A stretch of 64,000 nt of DNA from contig NC_073416.1 in the NCBI RefSeq assembly GCF_028641065.1, positions 7,688,001-7,752,000 of the forward strand, in the 5' to 3' direction. A program made the position numbers and the translations under genes. The notes below the pieces were generated by a model, which worked only from the letters and a program-made list of their open reading frames with translations, was not told where the DNA came from and made no database searches. This DNA is from Leucoraja erinacea. Its lineage: Eukaryota. Positions 39,654-51,968 of this stretch are shown in pieces. Numbering within the stretch: position 1 is the first letter of the stretch; each line of letters begins with the position of its first letter.

Positions 39654-40245
39654 CTAAAATGGAAAGAAAGGAAAATATTAGCATTTTGTTTTGATGTTTA
39701 CTGAAAGCAAGTGGCATGCATTGGGGATCTTGGAACTACTAAAGAACTGTTCTGATACAGAAAATCTCACACTTTTGCCCCAACTTTCAGACAGCGCAAA
39801 TTTTGATTTTTACCCATGGCAGCTTCAACCTGGGTTCAAGTTCAACCCTTGCAGATAAACTCTCCTTCTATTAGGATTGTCTAGTTTGGATCACATCTTC
39901 CAGTGAGCTGAGTAAAGAAGTCCTCCCAATTCAGCATCAACTTTCCAATCACAGTCCATTTTTGACAAGTAAAATGCACACTTGTGCAGTCATGACTCCA
40001 TTTTGGAGAATGGAACACTTTAAAAGCCAACTTCCATCTTGTACCAAACTTGCATTGCATCTGTAAAAACAATGCTAATAGTGGTTACATCAAATGGAAA
40101 AAAGCTTTCAATTGCCCACTCCGGATATTAATTACCCCAAGTGCGAGCAAATTCAACCAGGCTACGAGGACCTGCTCACAAAGCAGGACAGAAACAGATG
40201 TCAGTTCATTTTTCTAACCCTGGACAAAGGCATTCTCCAACTTAC

Positions 40246-40339
40246 CTTGGGCAGTAACCGAGCCAGAATGAAGATGACAATAACGGCTGAAGCCAGGATA
40301 CCCAAGCTCATTCCTGACGTATAGAAGAAAAGCTGACTC
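40246..40339 (-). CDS. NEMP1: NEMP1 exon 5
   Basis: SQLFFYTSGMSLGILASAVIVIFILARLLPK; tttag acceptor, GTAAG donor; 94 nt. Confidence 0.95.
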
Positions 40340-40629
40340 CTAAAAAGAGGAAAAAAATCTCAAATACTTGTGAAATATATTTTAAAAAGCAATACCAGCA
40401 CATGAACACAATCTCCCCCATCACTACAAAGATGAATGAGCTCCAGCTCAAATTTAAATATCACAACATTTAAAAATGGTCTGCCTTTTAAAAAAAAGTG
40501 ACATTTTTACTAGTTTAGAAACGTTAAGAGATGAAATGCTTACCTTAGTACCCAATGTTGTGCTGCTCCTCCCTGGGGTTGGTTGCCAACGTCACCAACA
40601 TTTTCATGGGACCAGTTTTGATTGCATGT

Positions 40630-41160
40630 CCCTGGCACTGATTTTAAATGCAGTATGCTATCCAACGTGCACTGCTGCTGCTCAATTTCAACGCTACTTT
40701 TAAATGCATTACATTTTGCTGCACTGCTGCTGCGCCAGTCATGCACTGCTTTTAATTGACTTATTTTTCAATGTGCTTTGCCGTGCGATTCTTGCGCTGC
40801 TTTGGAATAACGCTTTCCTGCATTGCTGCTTGTCGATATTGCATTGCTTTGAAATGCATTACATTTTGCGACATGCTTTGCTGTATCATTGCTGCCCAAT
40901 TCTTGCCTTGCTTTTAAATGCTTTGCACTGCTTTCAAGTGCACTATGTTTGCCAACGTGCTTTGCTGCATTGCTGCTGCTTGATGCCTGCACTGGTTTTA
41001 AACACACTTCACTTTCTGACGTTCTTTGCTGCCAGATTCATGTGCTATTTTTAAATGCAGTACATTTCCTATGCACTTTGCTGCGCTGGTTTTAAATGAA
41101 CCCGTTTCCAAAGTGCCTTGCTGCGTGATGCTGGGCTGCTTTTAAATGACCCCACCCATT
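40630..41160. repeat. Degenerate TGCT-rich minisatellite
   Basis: About 10 recurrences of gcactgctTTTAAATGc-like anchors separated by tgctttgctgc blocks; unit roughly 40-70 bp. Confidence 0.75.
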
Positions 41161-41655
41161 TTGCTTGTGTTTTTTTGAACAACTTTTAATTGTTCTGCTC
41201 CAAACTGGCCACACACACACACACACGCGCCTCGCCCCATGGCCTTTAAATTTAGAGATGGAAAAATAGGTATTATACAGAAGATTGACTTGGTGAAAAC
41301 AAGGACTCAGTGAGCAAAAAGGTTGAAGACAGAGACAGGGGGACACTGTGCCAGTACAGCAGTTATGTCGAGGTAGGTGGAAGAGCCAGTGAGCTGGGCA
41401 AACATTTTCCAGCAGACCATGAGCGCAGGCATTTTGAGGCATTTTGAAGTAGGCAAGATAATACAGCTGTCTAAAGAAATGAGGTAGTGATTGAGTTGGC
41501 ACAAGTAAAGTTGGAAACCCTCGAGATGCCAAAGTTTATTGAGATACCCAAGACATTTTTATAATCAATAAAAGAGGACTGTAAATGATTATTCTTTTCC
41601 CTGAAGGTTTTGCTCAAAAAATTAATGAGTCTGTATTCTGAATACATTGGCTGAC

Positions 41656-41869
41656 GTAGGAACTGCAGATGCTAGGTTTAAACCGAAGAGACACAAAAAG
41701 CTGGAGTAACTCAGCAGGACAGGCAGCATCTCTGGAGAGAGGAATGGGTGATGTTTTGGGTCGAGACCCTTTTCGAGTCTGAAGAAGGGTCTCGACCCGA
41801 AACATCACCCATTCCTTCTCTCCAAAGATGCTGCCTGACCCGCTGAGTTGCTCCAGCTTTCTGTGTCTA
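41656..41869. mobile_element. Penelope-derived fold-back element
   Basis: Inverted terminal-repeat pair; core CTGAAGAAGGGTCTCGACCCGAAACATC at 41779-41806; 12-bp TSD ACATTGGCTGAC at 41644-41655 and 41870-41881. Confidence 0.8.
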
Positions 41870-41946
41870 ACATTGGCTGACATGCCTTTCATCCAGTGTG
41901 TCCCAGTTTAGCTGGGCATTATTCTGTTTCTTACTTCAATGCTTAC

Positions 41947-42019
41947 CTGCTTAAGTTTTCAGCATAGAAGAACAGCAGCAGCCCAAAAGTGAAGATAAGG
42001 ATCAGCTGTGGATCAAAAC
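41947..42019 (-). CDS. NEMP1: NEMP1 exon 4
   Basis: (R)FDPQLILIFTFGLLLFFYAENLS(R); ttgtag acceptor, GTAAG donor; 73 nt. Confidence 0.95.
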
Positions 42020-42658
42020 CTACAAAAGAATAGATCAAGATGAGACAGATGCACAACTTAACCAAAGGTAGACGTACTTTATTGTCACTTGTACCCAAGT
42101 ACAGTGAATTTTGTTTTTGCATACCATTCAGTGACAATCCTACTATACATGATACACAATTAGTGCAGGATGATAGACCACACTGAGGCAATACACAAGA
42201 GTAATAGTCTTAACTTGGCCATAAAAACCCAACGTCTTGGTACTTCAATAGGTTCAACAGTTCAATGGGATTAAGAGACTAACTCAGCCAGAAAGAGATA
42301 CAGGTTGAAACCATCTGGTCCGGCAACTCCTGTGGCACGTTTTGAATCTGGTGCCACTGGTTTGTGGGGAAGCCACCAGGCAGGTGTAGCACCAAACTGC
42401 CAAGATTGTTTATATTTGTGGCTGATATTTTCTGTTTTAAGCTTTATTACACATATTTCAACAGCATGAAAGTGCAGTAGAGTCTCAACTGTAAGCTTCA
42501 TATTATATTTCAGAAAATAAAAGCCATTTCTGGCAGCATTAATCAGAGTTTTATTTTACATCGTAATGACGTAGCAACAAATATTCCGGGTGAAATAGCA
42601 AGCCTAGTGGTTTTGGCTTGTGTCCATGTAGGGGGGTCTCAGGGTAATTTCTGTGATC

Positions 42659-44075
42659 CATAGAAACATAGAAAATAGGTGCAGAAGTAGGCCATTCGGC
42701 CCTTCGAGCCTGCACCGCCATTCAATATGATCATGGCTGATCATCCAGCTCAGTATCCTGTACCTGCCTTCTCTCCATACCCCCTGATCCCTTTAGCCAC
42801 AAGGGCCACATCTAACTCCCTCTTAAATATAGCCAATGAACTGGCCTCAACTACCTTCTGCGGGAGAGAATTCCAGAGATTCACCACTCTCTGTGTGAAA
42901 AAAGTTTTCCTCATCTCAGTCCTAAAAGATTTCCCCCTTATCCTTAAACTGTGACCCCTTGTCCTGGACTTCCCCAACATCGGGAACAATCTTCCTGCAT
43001 CTAGCCTGTCCAACCCCTTAAGAATTTTGTAAGTTTCTATAAGATCCCCCCTCAATCTTCTAAATTCTAGCGAGTACAAACCTTGTCTATCCAGTCTTTC
43101 TTCATATGAAAGTCCTGACATCCCAGGAATCAGTCTGGTGAACCTTCTCTGTACTCCCTCTATGGCAAGAATGTCTTTCCTCAGATTAGGAGACCAAAAC
43201 TGTACGCAATACTCCAGGTGTGGTCTCACTAAGACCCTGTACAACTGCAGTAGAACCTCCCGGCTCCTATACTCAAATCCTTTTGCTATGAATGCTAACA
43301 TACCATTCGCCTTCTTCACTGCCTGCTGCACCTGCATGCGTACTTTTAATGACTGGTGTACCATGACACCCAGGTCTCGTTGCATCTCCCCCTTTTCCTA
43401 ATCGGCCACCATTCAGATAATAATCTACTTTCCTGTTTTTGCCACCAAAGTGGATAACCTCACATTTATCCACATTATACTGCATCTGCCATGCATTTGC
43501 CCACTCACCTTGCAGCCTCCTAGCATCCTCCTCACAGCTAAAACTGCCCCCCAGCTTTGTGTCATCCGCAAACTTGGAGATGTTGCATTCAATTCCCTCG
43601 TCCAAATCATTAATATATATCGTAAATAGCTGGGGTCCCAGAACTGAGCCTTACGGTACCCCACTAGTCACTGCCTGCCATTGTGAAAAGGACCCGTTTA
43701 CTCCTACTCTTTGCTTCCTGTTTGCCAGCCAGTTCTCTATCCACATCAATACTGAACCCCCAATACCGTGTGCTTTAAGTTTGTATATTAATCTCTTATG
43801 TGGGACCTTGTCGAAAGCCTTCTGGAAGTCCAGATATAACACATCTACTGGTTCTCCCCTATCCACTCTACTAGTTACATCCTCGAAAAATTCTATAAGA
43901 TTCGTCAGACATGATTTACCCTTCATAAATCCATGCTGACTTGGTCCAATGATTTCACCACTTTCCAAATGTGCTGCTATCCCATCTTTAATAACTGATT
44001 CTAGCAGTTTCCCCACTACCGACGTTAGACTAACTGGTCTGTAATTCCCCGTTTTCTCTCTCTCTCCCTTTTTAG
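42659..44075 (-). mobile_element. CR1 LINE, 5'-truncated RT pseudo-ORF, same subfamily as 8453-11318
   Basis: [43 protein letters not shown]; in-frame stop near 43651; 18-bp deletion between TCACC repeats near 43510; +1 frameshift near 43390; (CATAGAAA)2 tail. Confidence 0.95.
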
Positions 44076-44288
44076 GCACCAGTCATGTCTCAAGGTTGCT
44101 GAACTAGAGTGTTTCAACCTCTAAAAAGTGTTTCAAAAGATTACAAATAAAAAGTACACCCGCAGGGATATTAAGATTAGCCTTCAGAGTAAAACACTTT
44201 ACCTAGCTAGATATGTGAAAAAGACCACTTGGAAAAGGAACGAGTGTGTGTGGCATCTATGGTGATACATCTGTTCAATTCAGCAGGA

Positions 44289-44361
44289 AATGGGTGATAC
44301 ATCAGGGGCTGCACCCTGTAAGAATGGGGTGATACATCAGGGGCTGCACCCTGTACGAATG
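44289..44361. repeat. Tandem duplication, about 35-bp unit x2
   Basis: GGGTGATACATCAGGGGCTGCACCCTGTA occurs twice in tandem. Confidence 0.85.
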
Positions 44362-44909
44362 TTTACTTTTTAAAAAAATCTTTCAGACTCATTTCCATAA
44401 ATACTCTGGAACCAAACTTAGAACATAGTACAGACATTGAGGGCCCTTTGGCCCTCAATGTCTGTGCCGACCATGACACTAATTTAAACCAATTCCAGCT
44501 GCCCGCTCAAGATCCAGATCCCTCCATTACCTGTCCGTTCATGAAATCAAGATTTTTGTCCGCCCCCCCCCCCCCCCCCCCCCCCCCGCGCTTCAAAATG
44601 CCGCGTCAAACCTTCCCAGTAAACAGTTCATTCAAATCTTGGAAAACACTCACGTCTTAGCCATGAAAACCTCAAAATAAATGAAAATATGAAGGTGCTG
44701 TTTATAGGAAGCTCTGCCAACTTATAAAACCAATTGGCAAAAGACTTACTGAGGAAATGGGCATTGGGGAAAATGTCTGAAAAGTGACAAACAGCAGACT
44801 TGAAACAAGGAGGCAGCAACCAAACAATATGAATTTACATCAGCGTCATGGCACTGCAAAACAAGATGCCATGAATTATAAGGAACAAAGTTGATTACTA
44901 AATACTCAC

Positions 44910-45129
44910 GGCGTGTTAATAGGACGTTATAATCCACTTTACTGCTTGGTTCCACCTTAAAGCAAGTTTTGTTGCTGAACAAATCAACATTAAGGTACGT
45001 TTCATTCACTCTCTCCTTCAGCATCGATGTGGCTGAATCCACGATCCAACTCCACACCCCTGGATCTTCCATCTCCATTTCATCATCCACTTGTTTGATT
45101 TTAAATTTCTCAGAGCTGTTCACTCGGAT
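44910..45129 (-). CDS. NEMP1: NEMP1 exon 3
   Basis: IRVNSSEKFKIKQVDDE...KERVNETYLNVDLFSNKTCFKVE...LLTR; ctcag acceptor, GTGAGT donor; 220 nt. Confidence 0.95.
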
Positions 45130-46354
45130 CTGAGAAGCAAAAATCAAAAAAGAATTGGCTGTAATAATGGACAAAATTAATGTCAATCAGGATTGTAGGT
45201 TACTCCAGTGTGCCAATATAGAACAATTCATCATTACAACGTGTTATTAGTGACCCAGGCTTAGCATCGGCACACTAAAGACAAAGGTAACGGTTTATAT
45301 GAAGCGTTCTGCTTTATTGCACTGCTTAGAGTTGTTAAGTGTTTGAGCCATTTTACTTGAGCAACCCTTTGGGAATTCTCAATTTATCATGCCTTATGAA
45401 CCCAAAACAAAAAAAGTCACACCACTAGTGTCAAAGAACGCAGGACAGTGAATGTTGAAAAAGGGGTTTGAACAAAAAACAACAGGATGTGTTGATCAAG
45501 AAGCTCAAGTTCAGGTTACTCGTTGATCAGCAAGTCCTCTGAGCACAATCGCTACCATTGGCACAACTGCAATCTCAGTGCTTCCATCAACCTATGCACA
45601 ATCAACCTTACGGAACTGCACCAATCCCGGTCCGATTCAACCGTGACTGTTCACCACTTCCTCTGCTCTGCTGCATTGAAACAATTAATTTTGGCCCCTC
45701 CAAAACACAACTTCCCAGTGTCAGAGCTCAAAAATTGACAAATAAATTATTTTAATAGACCAAAATCATTGACTATTCTTTGCACCAAAGGTTTTTTATA
45801 ATTTGCACGGGAGAAATTCAATAGCTTTTTGGGGGGGGGGGGGGGGGGGGGGGGGGGGAAATTCTGATAACTTTAATACAATTAACAGTCAGCCTCAAAC
45901 ATCTTTGGAGAGAAGATACTGCAGATGCTGGAATCTGGAGCAACAAGCAATCAGCTGGAGGATCTCAGCGGGTAAAGCAGCATCTACGGAGGGAAGGGAA
46001 TGATCGACATTTTGGGTTGAAACCTTCATCTTTGCCTTGGGTCAATGCGCAAGCTAAAAAAGACATACTATGATCCATTTACATTTATAAAAGGGAGACA
46101 AGCTGTCCGCAAAGTAAAATAAAGATGAATGGATACATAAACCAGGATATCAATGCTTGGTTTTATGTGATATGGGTATTGGTGGCTAATTGAAGGACAA
46201 TTTGATCTGCAGACTCTGACCACTTCTGCAAACCTTTCCTGTCACTATTTGCCCGTCTTATGCTATAATTTCCATTGCACTAAAACCTACCTCCTTCAGA
46301 GGGCAGCAGACGTGAAATCATGAAGGATGCAAGTTTTAAACTGACTTTCTCAGT

Positions 46355-46382
46355 CTGAAGAAGGGTCTCGACCCGAAACGTT
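46355..46382 (+). ncRNA. Minimal type I hammerhead ribozyme core in a PLE terminal repeat
   Basis: CTGAAGA-A-GGGT(CTCG)ACCC-GAA-ACGT-T: all conserved core residues, 4-bp stem II, palindromic stem III; local stem I only 2 bp. Confidence 0.55.
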
Positions 46383-47233
46383 GCCTATTTCCTTCGCTCC
46401 ATAGATGCTGCCTCACCCTCTGAGTTTCTCCAGCATTTTTGCCTACCTTCTCACGCTACCTCTCACCATCCTCAAGACTTCCCATGAACTTTAAACATAT
46501 TCTCCTCTCAGGCAGGTCCCAATCAGCTGCCCCATTATTCTCCATCTCTACCTACTAGGTGGCAAAACATAAAATCACAATAGTCATGGACAAAGGAGGC
46601 CATTCAGCCCGTCGAGTCAGAACTGACTTTATACAAGAGCGATCCAACTATCCCCCTTCCACCACTCTCTCCCAGTTTTTAAGTACAGCATGGAAACAGG
46701 CCCTTTGGTCCACGCCAACCATCGTTCATCCATTCACACTAGTTCTACATTGTCCCACTTTCAGACCAATTAATCCATTTTGGGATGTGGGAGGAAACCG
46801 GAGCACTTCGTGGAAAGCCACACGACACAGGAAGAACGTGCAAACTCCACACAGACAGTACCCGAGGTCAGGATCGAACCCAGCTCGTTGGAGCTACGAG
46901 TTGGAACTCTACCAGCTGCATCACTATATCGCCCAAGTCCCAAATCCTTTCCAAGTCCTTCGAAATCTTTTGAATTATACTATTGAACATGCTCTCACTA
47001 CAATGCCAGGCAATGCACCCAGATCATAAATGCTTGTTGTGAAATTATTTTCATCATATAAATAAAAGGCACATAACAAACACCAGCTTGACATGGATGA
47101 ACTAGATTTGAATACAGGTTGCATGGAGAAGTAAAAACATAAATGAAAGACAAAGAGACAAGAGTAGATTGGCAGATATATCCAAATGAAAGGCATATTG
47201 TCAGCAAGAGTGTTGGTGTGGAAGGGCTCCTAC

Positions 47234-47361
47234 CTGAATCCGTGTCCAAATCTCTCTCCAACCGGGAGACATTTTATTCTTAAAGCAAAAGTGATTCAGT
47301 TCATTGGAGCACTGGACTTTGCCTTCTTTAATGTGGACAATTCTTCCATTTCCTTCCGTTA
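47234..47361 (-). CDS. NEMP1: NEMP1 exon 2
   Basis: (V)TEGNGRIVHIKEGKVQCSNELNHFCFKNKMSPGWREIWTRIQ matches NEMP1 FCY.N...W..IWTRIQ; aacag acceptor, GTAGG donor; 128 nt. Confidence 0.93.
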
Positions 47362-48425
47362 CTGTTTCAATAAGACATATATTAGCAAATTACTCACCGA
47401 ACGATCATCTTGATGGCTATTTCTGAAAACTATATCTGCCATTCTTGGTGGTCAGATGTCTACACAAGAGCATTGTGACAGCCCTGGTGGCCTACAAGCT
47501 GTCCTGATCAAGACCTTCTATGAGGAAGAGGCAAGTCAGGGTTAATGTCAGGAGCCGAACTGACCAGGGATAGTATCCATTCCACTTTACAATGCACCTC
47601 CTCGAATTTCAATACGCAGGGCACCATTGACAAGTAGCCATCTAGAAAACCAATGCCAGCCTTGATAGAGATACCAGCAAAGGGGCAAGCAGCAAATGCA
47701 AAAGGATGCAAATGTGAATTCTGTTCATGTTTACATTAGGCAGGATTTACGCAGAGAAAAAACATCTCAGGTCAACAACCTTCTATCCAAATGGCTCAAA
47801 TAATACTGTAGGCGATGAGATGGCAAACTGCACTAAGAAGGAAGGAGAAAAAAAAAACAGAAATGGGGAAGGCAATGAGCAATAACAGAATCAGGACAAA
47901 AAGGGACAGTGACACGGTGATGGGGGTGCAAACAGTTGGCGGTCATGCACTCAGAGTGTTGACATTATTTACTATTGATATCTAGAATGACTCAACAATT
48001 GGGCAGTTTGAATTCTCTACATTTGTGTGGGAAAGGTTTTTGACTACCCTATTCATACATTTAGGTATAATGTAATCCCTCAGCCTCCGTTGCTCTTTCC
48101 TTAGTTACCCTCCAGGTCCTAATAATGGAACGGAAGGACACAAAGTGCTGGAGTCATTCAGCAGGTCAGACAGCATCTCAAGAGAACATGGATAGGTGAT
48201 GTTTCAGGTCAAGACATGTTCTCCAGAGATGCTGCCTGGCCTGCTGAGTTACTCCAGCACTTTGTCCTTGTGTGTATTAAGCAGCATCTGCAGTTCATTG
48301 TTTCTACTTCTAGAATGATTTGGGCTTCTGCCTCATTTTACTTGCCAAACCCATAACCAACTGTCATGTCATCTGCAAACTTACTAACGACACCTCTTAG
48401 GTTACCTACATCCAGTAGGTTCAGT

Positions 48426-48453
48426 CTGAAGAAGGGTTTCGGCCCGAAACGTC
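48426..48453 (+). ncRNA. Minimal type I hammerhead ribozyme core in a solo PLE terminal repeat (insert 48421-48519)
   Basis: CTGAAGA-A-GGGT(TTCG)GCCC-GAA-ACGT-C with a GUC cleavage triplet; 10-bp TSD TCCAGTAGGT at 48411-48420 and 48520-48529. Confidence 0.58.
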
Positions 48454-48629
48454 ACCTATTTCCTTCGCTCCACAGATGCTGCTGCACCCGCTGAGTTTCT
48501 CCAGCATTTTTGTGTACCTTCCAGTAGGTAACTGTTGGCTGTCTACCTATTATCGAGGTGGTGGGACCATTTGCCAAGCTCTCAACTGGAAAGTGTGGTA
48601 TCGAGTGCCAGGATGCGCTGTAATGTGGG

Positions 48630-48750
48630 CAAAATGTGTTGGAAGCGACTGCAGATGCTGGTTTCGGTGGGCAAGGATGAGTTAACCAGGGAGTTGCGAA
48701 GGGTACGATCTCTGCGGAAAGTGCAAAGGGGTGGAGATGGGATTGTCACC
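48630..48750 (-). mobile_element. Penelope-like element internal fragment (RT-to-endonuclease linker)
   Basis: PSPPLCTFRRDRTLRNSLVNSSLPT resembles the PLE pP..afRR..sLr..LV linker; abuts a terminal-repeat tail. Confidence 0.6.
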
Positions 48751-48907
48751 TGCAGATACTGGTTTAAACTCAAGATAGACACAAAAAGTTGAAGTAACTC
48801 AACGGGGCAAACAGCATGAGCATCTCTCCAGAGATGCTGTCTGACCCAAAAATGAACCATTCTACATTTCCTTGAAACATCTGCTTTGATCTGTCAATTT
48901 AACGCCT

Positions 48908-49330
48908 TACATAGAAACATAGAAAATAGGTGCAGGAGGCGGCCATTCGAGCCAGCACCGCCATACATTGTGATCATGGCTGATCACCCCCCCCATGCCT
49001 GCCTTCTCCCCGTATCCCTTGACTCCACTAACCTCTATAGCTCTATCTAACTCTCTCTTAAATCCATCCAGTGACTTGGCCTCCACTGCCCTCTGTGGCA
49101 GGGAATTCCACACATTCACAACTCTCTGTGTGAAAACGTTTTTTTTCACCTCAGTCCTAAATGACCTCCCCTTTATTCTAAGACTGTGGCCCCTGGTTCT
49201 GGACTCTCCCAACATTGGGAACATTTTTCCTGCCTCTAGCATGTCCAGTCCTTTTATAATTTTATGTTTCTATAAGACTCCCCCTCATCCTTCTAAACTC
49301 CAGTGAATACAAGTTCAGTCTAAACTCCAG
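48908..49330 (-). mobile_element. CR1 LINE 3' fragment
   Basis: FPMLGESRTRGHSLRIKG...FTQRVVNVWNSLPQRAVEA; (ACATAGAA)2 tail. Confidence 0.88.
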
Positions 49331-49479
49331 CCTTATCCATCCTTATCTCGGCGTCTTCCTCTCCCCCGACTGTCTGAAGAAGGGTCTCAACCCATTCCTT
49401 CTCTCCAGAGATGCTGCCTGTCCCGCTGAGTTACTCCAGCACTTTGTGTCTATCTTCTAATGTGGGCATAGTTTGCCAA

Positions 49480-49925
49480 GGACGCCTCTCTCCGCGTTAC
49501 CGAGTGGCCACCATCAAGCACCGCACCCGGGGGAGGAGAGATAAAGAGGCCCAAGCGCCCGCCATATTGACACCACGCAACCTCGCCCTGACCGTACCTG
49601 CCGTACAAAAGTGCGTGACTGAAAACCCAAAAGCCGCCCAAACTATGAAGGCGAATCGGCCATTCAGCGGCAAAACGCCGAGAACTTTCATCCGTCCCGC
49701 CATCAGCAGCCCGGGCCCAGCGTGCCGCCGCGGCCCAGCGCCCGCCTCTCCGCTGACTGACTGACAGCCCGCGCCGCCAATCAGCCCGCGCCCCTCAACG
49801 GCCCAATGTCAAACCAACCAATGGACGCGGGGCGGGGGCGGGTCTTCCGCTGCCAGCTGCGAGGCGGCCTGGAGGACAGGAGCGGCCCGAGGGGCCGAGC
49901 GGCCGAGGGACAGGAGCTTTAAAAA
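49480..49925. promoter_or_regulatory. NEMP1: CpG island promoter of NEMP1 (possibly bidirectional)
   Basis: CpG-rich; CCAAT at 49777, 49803 and 49818; tandem GC boxes 49829-49842; TGACTGACAG at 49758-49767. Confidence 0.8.
49598..49703 (-). CDS. NEMP1: NEMP1 exon 1 (signal-peptide-like N-terminus)
   Basis: MAGRMKVLGV...FIVWAAFGFSVTHFCTA; human NEMP1 begins MAGGMKV; GTACGG donor, phase 1 joins exon 2. Total CDS 1284 nt = 427 aa. Confidence 0.88.
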
Positions 49926-50267
49926 GGTAAAGAAAAGTAGAGAGTTATACAGTTGTTAACAAGATGTTAATAAGATGAACTGCTCTGGCTATAAGTATAA
50001 GAGAGACTTGAGAATGTAGATTTATTTTTTTTAAAGATGAAGCCGAGATAGTTTAATGATGACCGAATTTGAGTTCATCAAGTTTAGGAAGGTTGACGAA
50101 GAGGTAAGGAGTCACAGATTGGTTGTCAAGGCAGTAACAAGATTGCATATATTAACATAACCACATAATGTAGGTAGAAGTTACAAATACATTCTAGGAT
50201 GTGGAATTCCCAATCATAAACCATTGTTGAAGCAGAGGTTTTGAAAAAGGAATTAGGTGGTTAAAGA

Positions 50268-50562
50268 GTCATAGAGTGATACAGTTTGGAAACTGGCCCT
50301 TCAGCCCAATTAGCCTACACCGACCAACATGTCCCGTCTATACTTGTCCCACCTGGCTGCATTTCGTCCAATCCTCCCAAACCTGTCCTATCCATGTACC
50401 TGTCTGGCAGCTCGTTCCGTACACCCACCACCCTTTGCGTGAAAAAGTTATCCGTCAGATTCCTATTCAATCTTTTCCCCTTCACCTTAAACCTATGTCT
50501 TCTGGTCCTTGATTCACCTACACTGGGCAAGAGACTCTGTGCATCTACCCAATCTATTCCTA
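50268..50562 (-). mobile_element. CR1 LINE 3' fragment
   Basis: VDAQSLLPSVGESRTRRHRFKVKG...FFTQRVVGVRNELP. Confidence 0.8.
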
Positions 50563-51778
50563 TTGGAAAATAAGGAACATGGTGGGGATAGGCATGGTGG
50601 GCCAAAGGGCCTGTTTCGTGTTGTATAACTCCTTACGATGGAGAATGCATAGTCATTAACATGGAGATACAAGTCTCCTGCTGTTATTTGATGGTTGTAT
50701 GGTTATTGCGTGGAATCTTGTTTATTCCACGTGAAAAGTGTGGGAATCATATGGCCGTTAGGCTAATTTCCATTGATGAAAGCTGAGTTCTGTTTGGCTC
50801 CTTTCCTGATCCGAGGCACACTGAATTGAGGAAGTGCTGAGTGAAGGAGGTGGAGGTTGGAGAGTGATCACAGAAAATTAAGAGTTGCATCTGTGTGCCA
50901 CAGAAGGTGTTGACTGGGCTCCTGTGGTACCTGTGCCCCATGAGGTAAAAATACCAAACAAAACAAATAAGGTTACAAGAATGAAAATGGGACAATGCAC
51001 GGCTACATTCCAACCTCATCTAAAGCACCCTTCATTTATTTCCTGTTTCTTCTCACCATATTTGTGGTCTGGCTGGGAAAGCAGAAGTCTTGGCTGCCAG
51101 ATTCAGCCACATCATGCCTGCAGCTCCTTCCTGTAATAGGGGATTTTTGTTACATGCAGTCTTTTTTTCCCTGAAGTGGAACCAAATCGGACAGCCAGTT
51201 CTGTTTCACACTTGCAACATAATAAATCCCCTCCCCTACACTACGCCCACACTAGCCCCTGTGCTCCGGTTCACTTGTGTATTTAACTATTCACTCAAAT
51301 ATTTCACTTTGTGAAACTGTGTCATACAAGATGGCCCCATGTTGCAAAGCTGGATACATGTGCTTAAAAGATGGCAAAGGAGCGGAGCCAGATCAAGTGG
51401 CTGGACAGGAGCTGACAAATACAAGAGGGAGTGATGGGATCGTGGTTATTTCCCCAAACTTGCACTCCAGAGATCTTGCGTGAATTTTTACCATAGCACC
51501 TAGAGATTCCACACTCAATAAATTAAACAAAAACTGTATTACTAAGATTATCAAACTATGAATTGTGGTAATGCCTTTTAGTGAAGGAAATGTACTGTTT
51601 TTGTCCATATGTGACTCCAGACCTATGATAATTGCTCACCTTGTCAACAGTATCCACTTGCCATGAATGGAAAAAAAAATCATCACATTGTCAAAATGGC
51701 TTCCCGTCAGGCTAACAACTTTGTTGGATAGATCTTCACTTTGTGCCATCCAGGTGACAGCAGCCAGCAACCTGGTTT

Positions 51779-51968
51779 CACAGTCTCGAAACAAACAACT
51801 GCAGATGCTGGTTAATACACAAAAGGACACAAAGTGCTGGAATAACTCAGCAGGTCAGGAGTACATGGATAGGCAATATTTTGGGTCAGTCTGAAGAAGG
51901 GCCTCAATCCGATCCATGTTCTCCAGAGATGTTGACTGACCTGCTGAGTTATTCCAGCACTTTGTGTC
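51779..51968. mobile_element. Penelope-derived fold-back element
   Basis: Inverted terminal repeats around gtctgaagaaggg; 11-bp TSD CAACCTGGTTT at 51768-51778 and 51969-51979. Confidence 0.7.

Noticed and set aside
40704-41054. Cys/His-rich 116-aa ORF resembling a metal-binding peptide
   Set aside because: Product of a minisatellite inside NEMP1 intron 4; no promoter or splice support.
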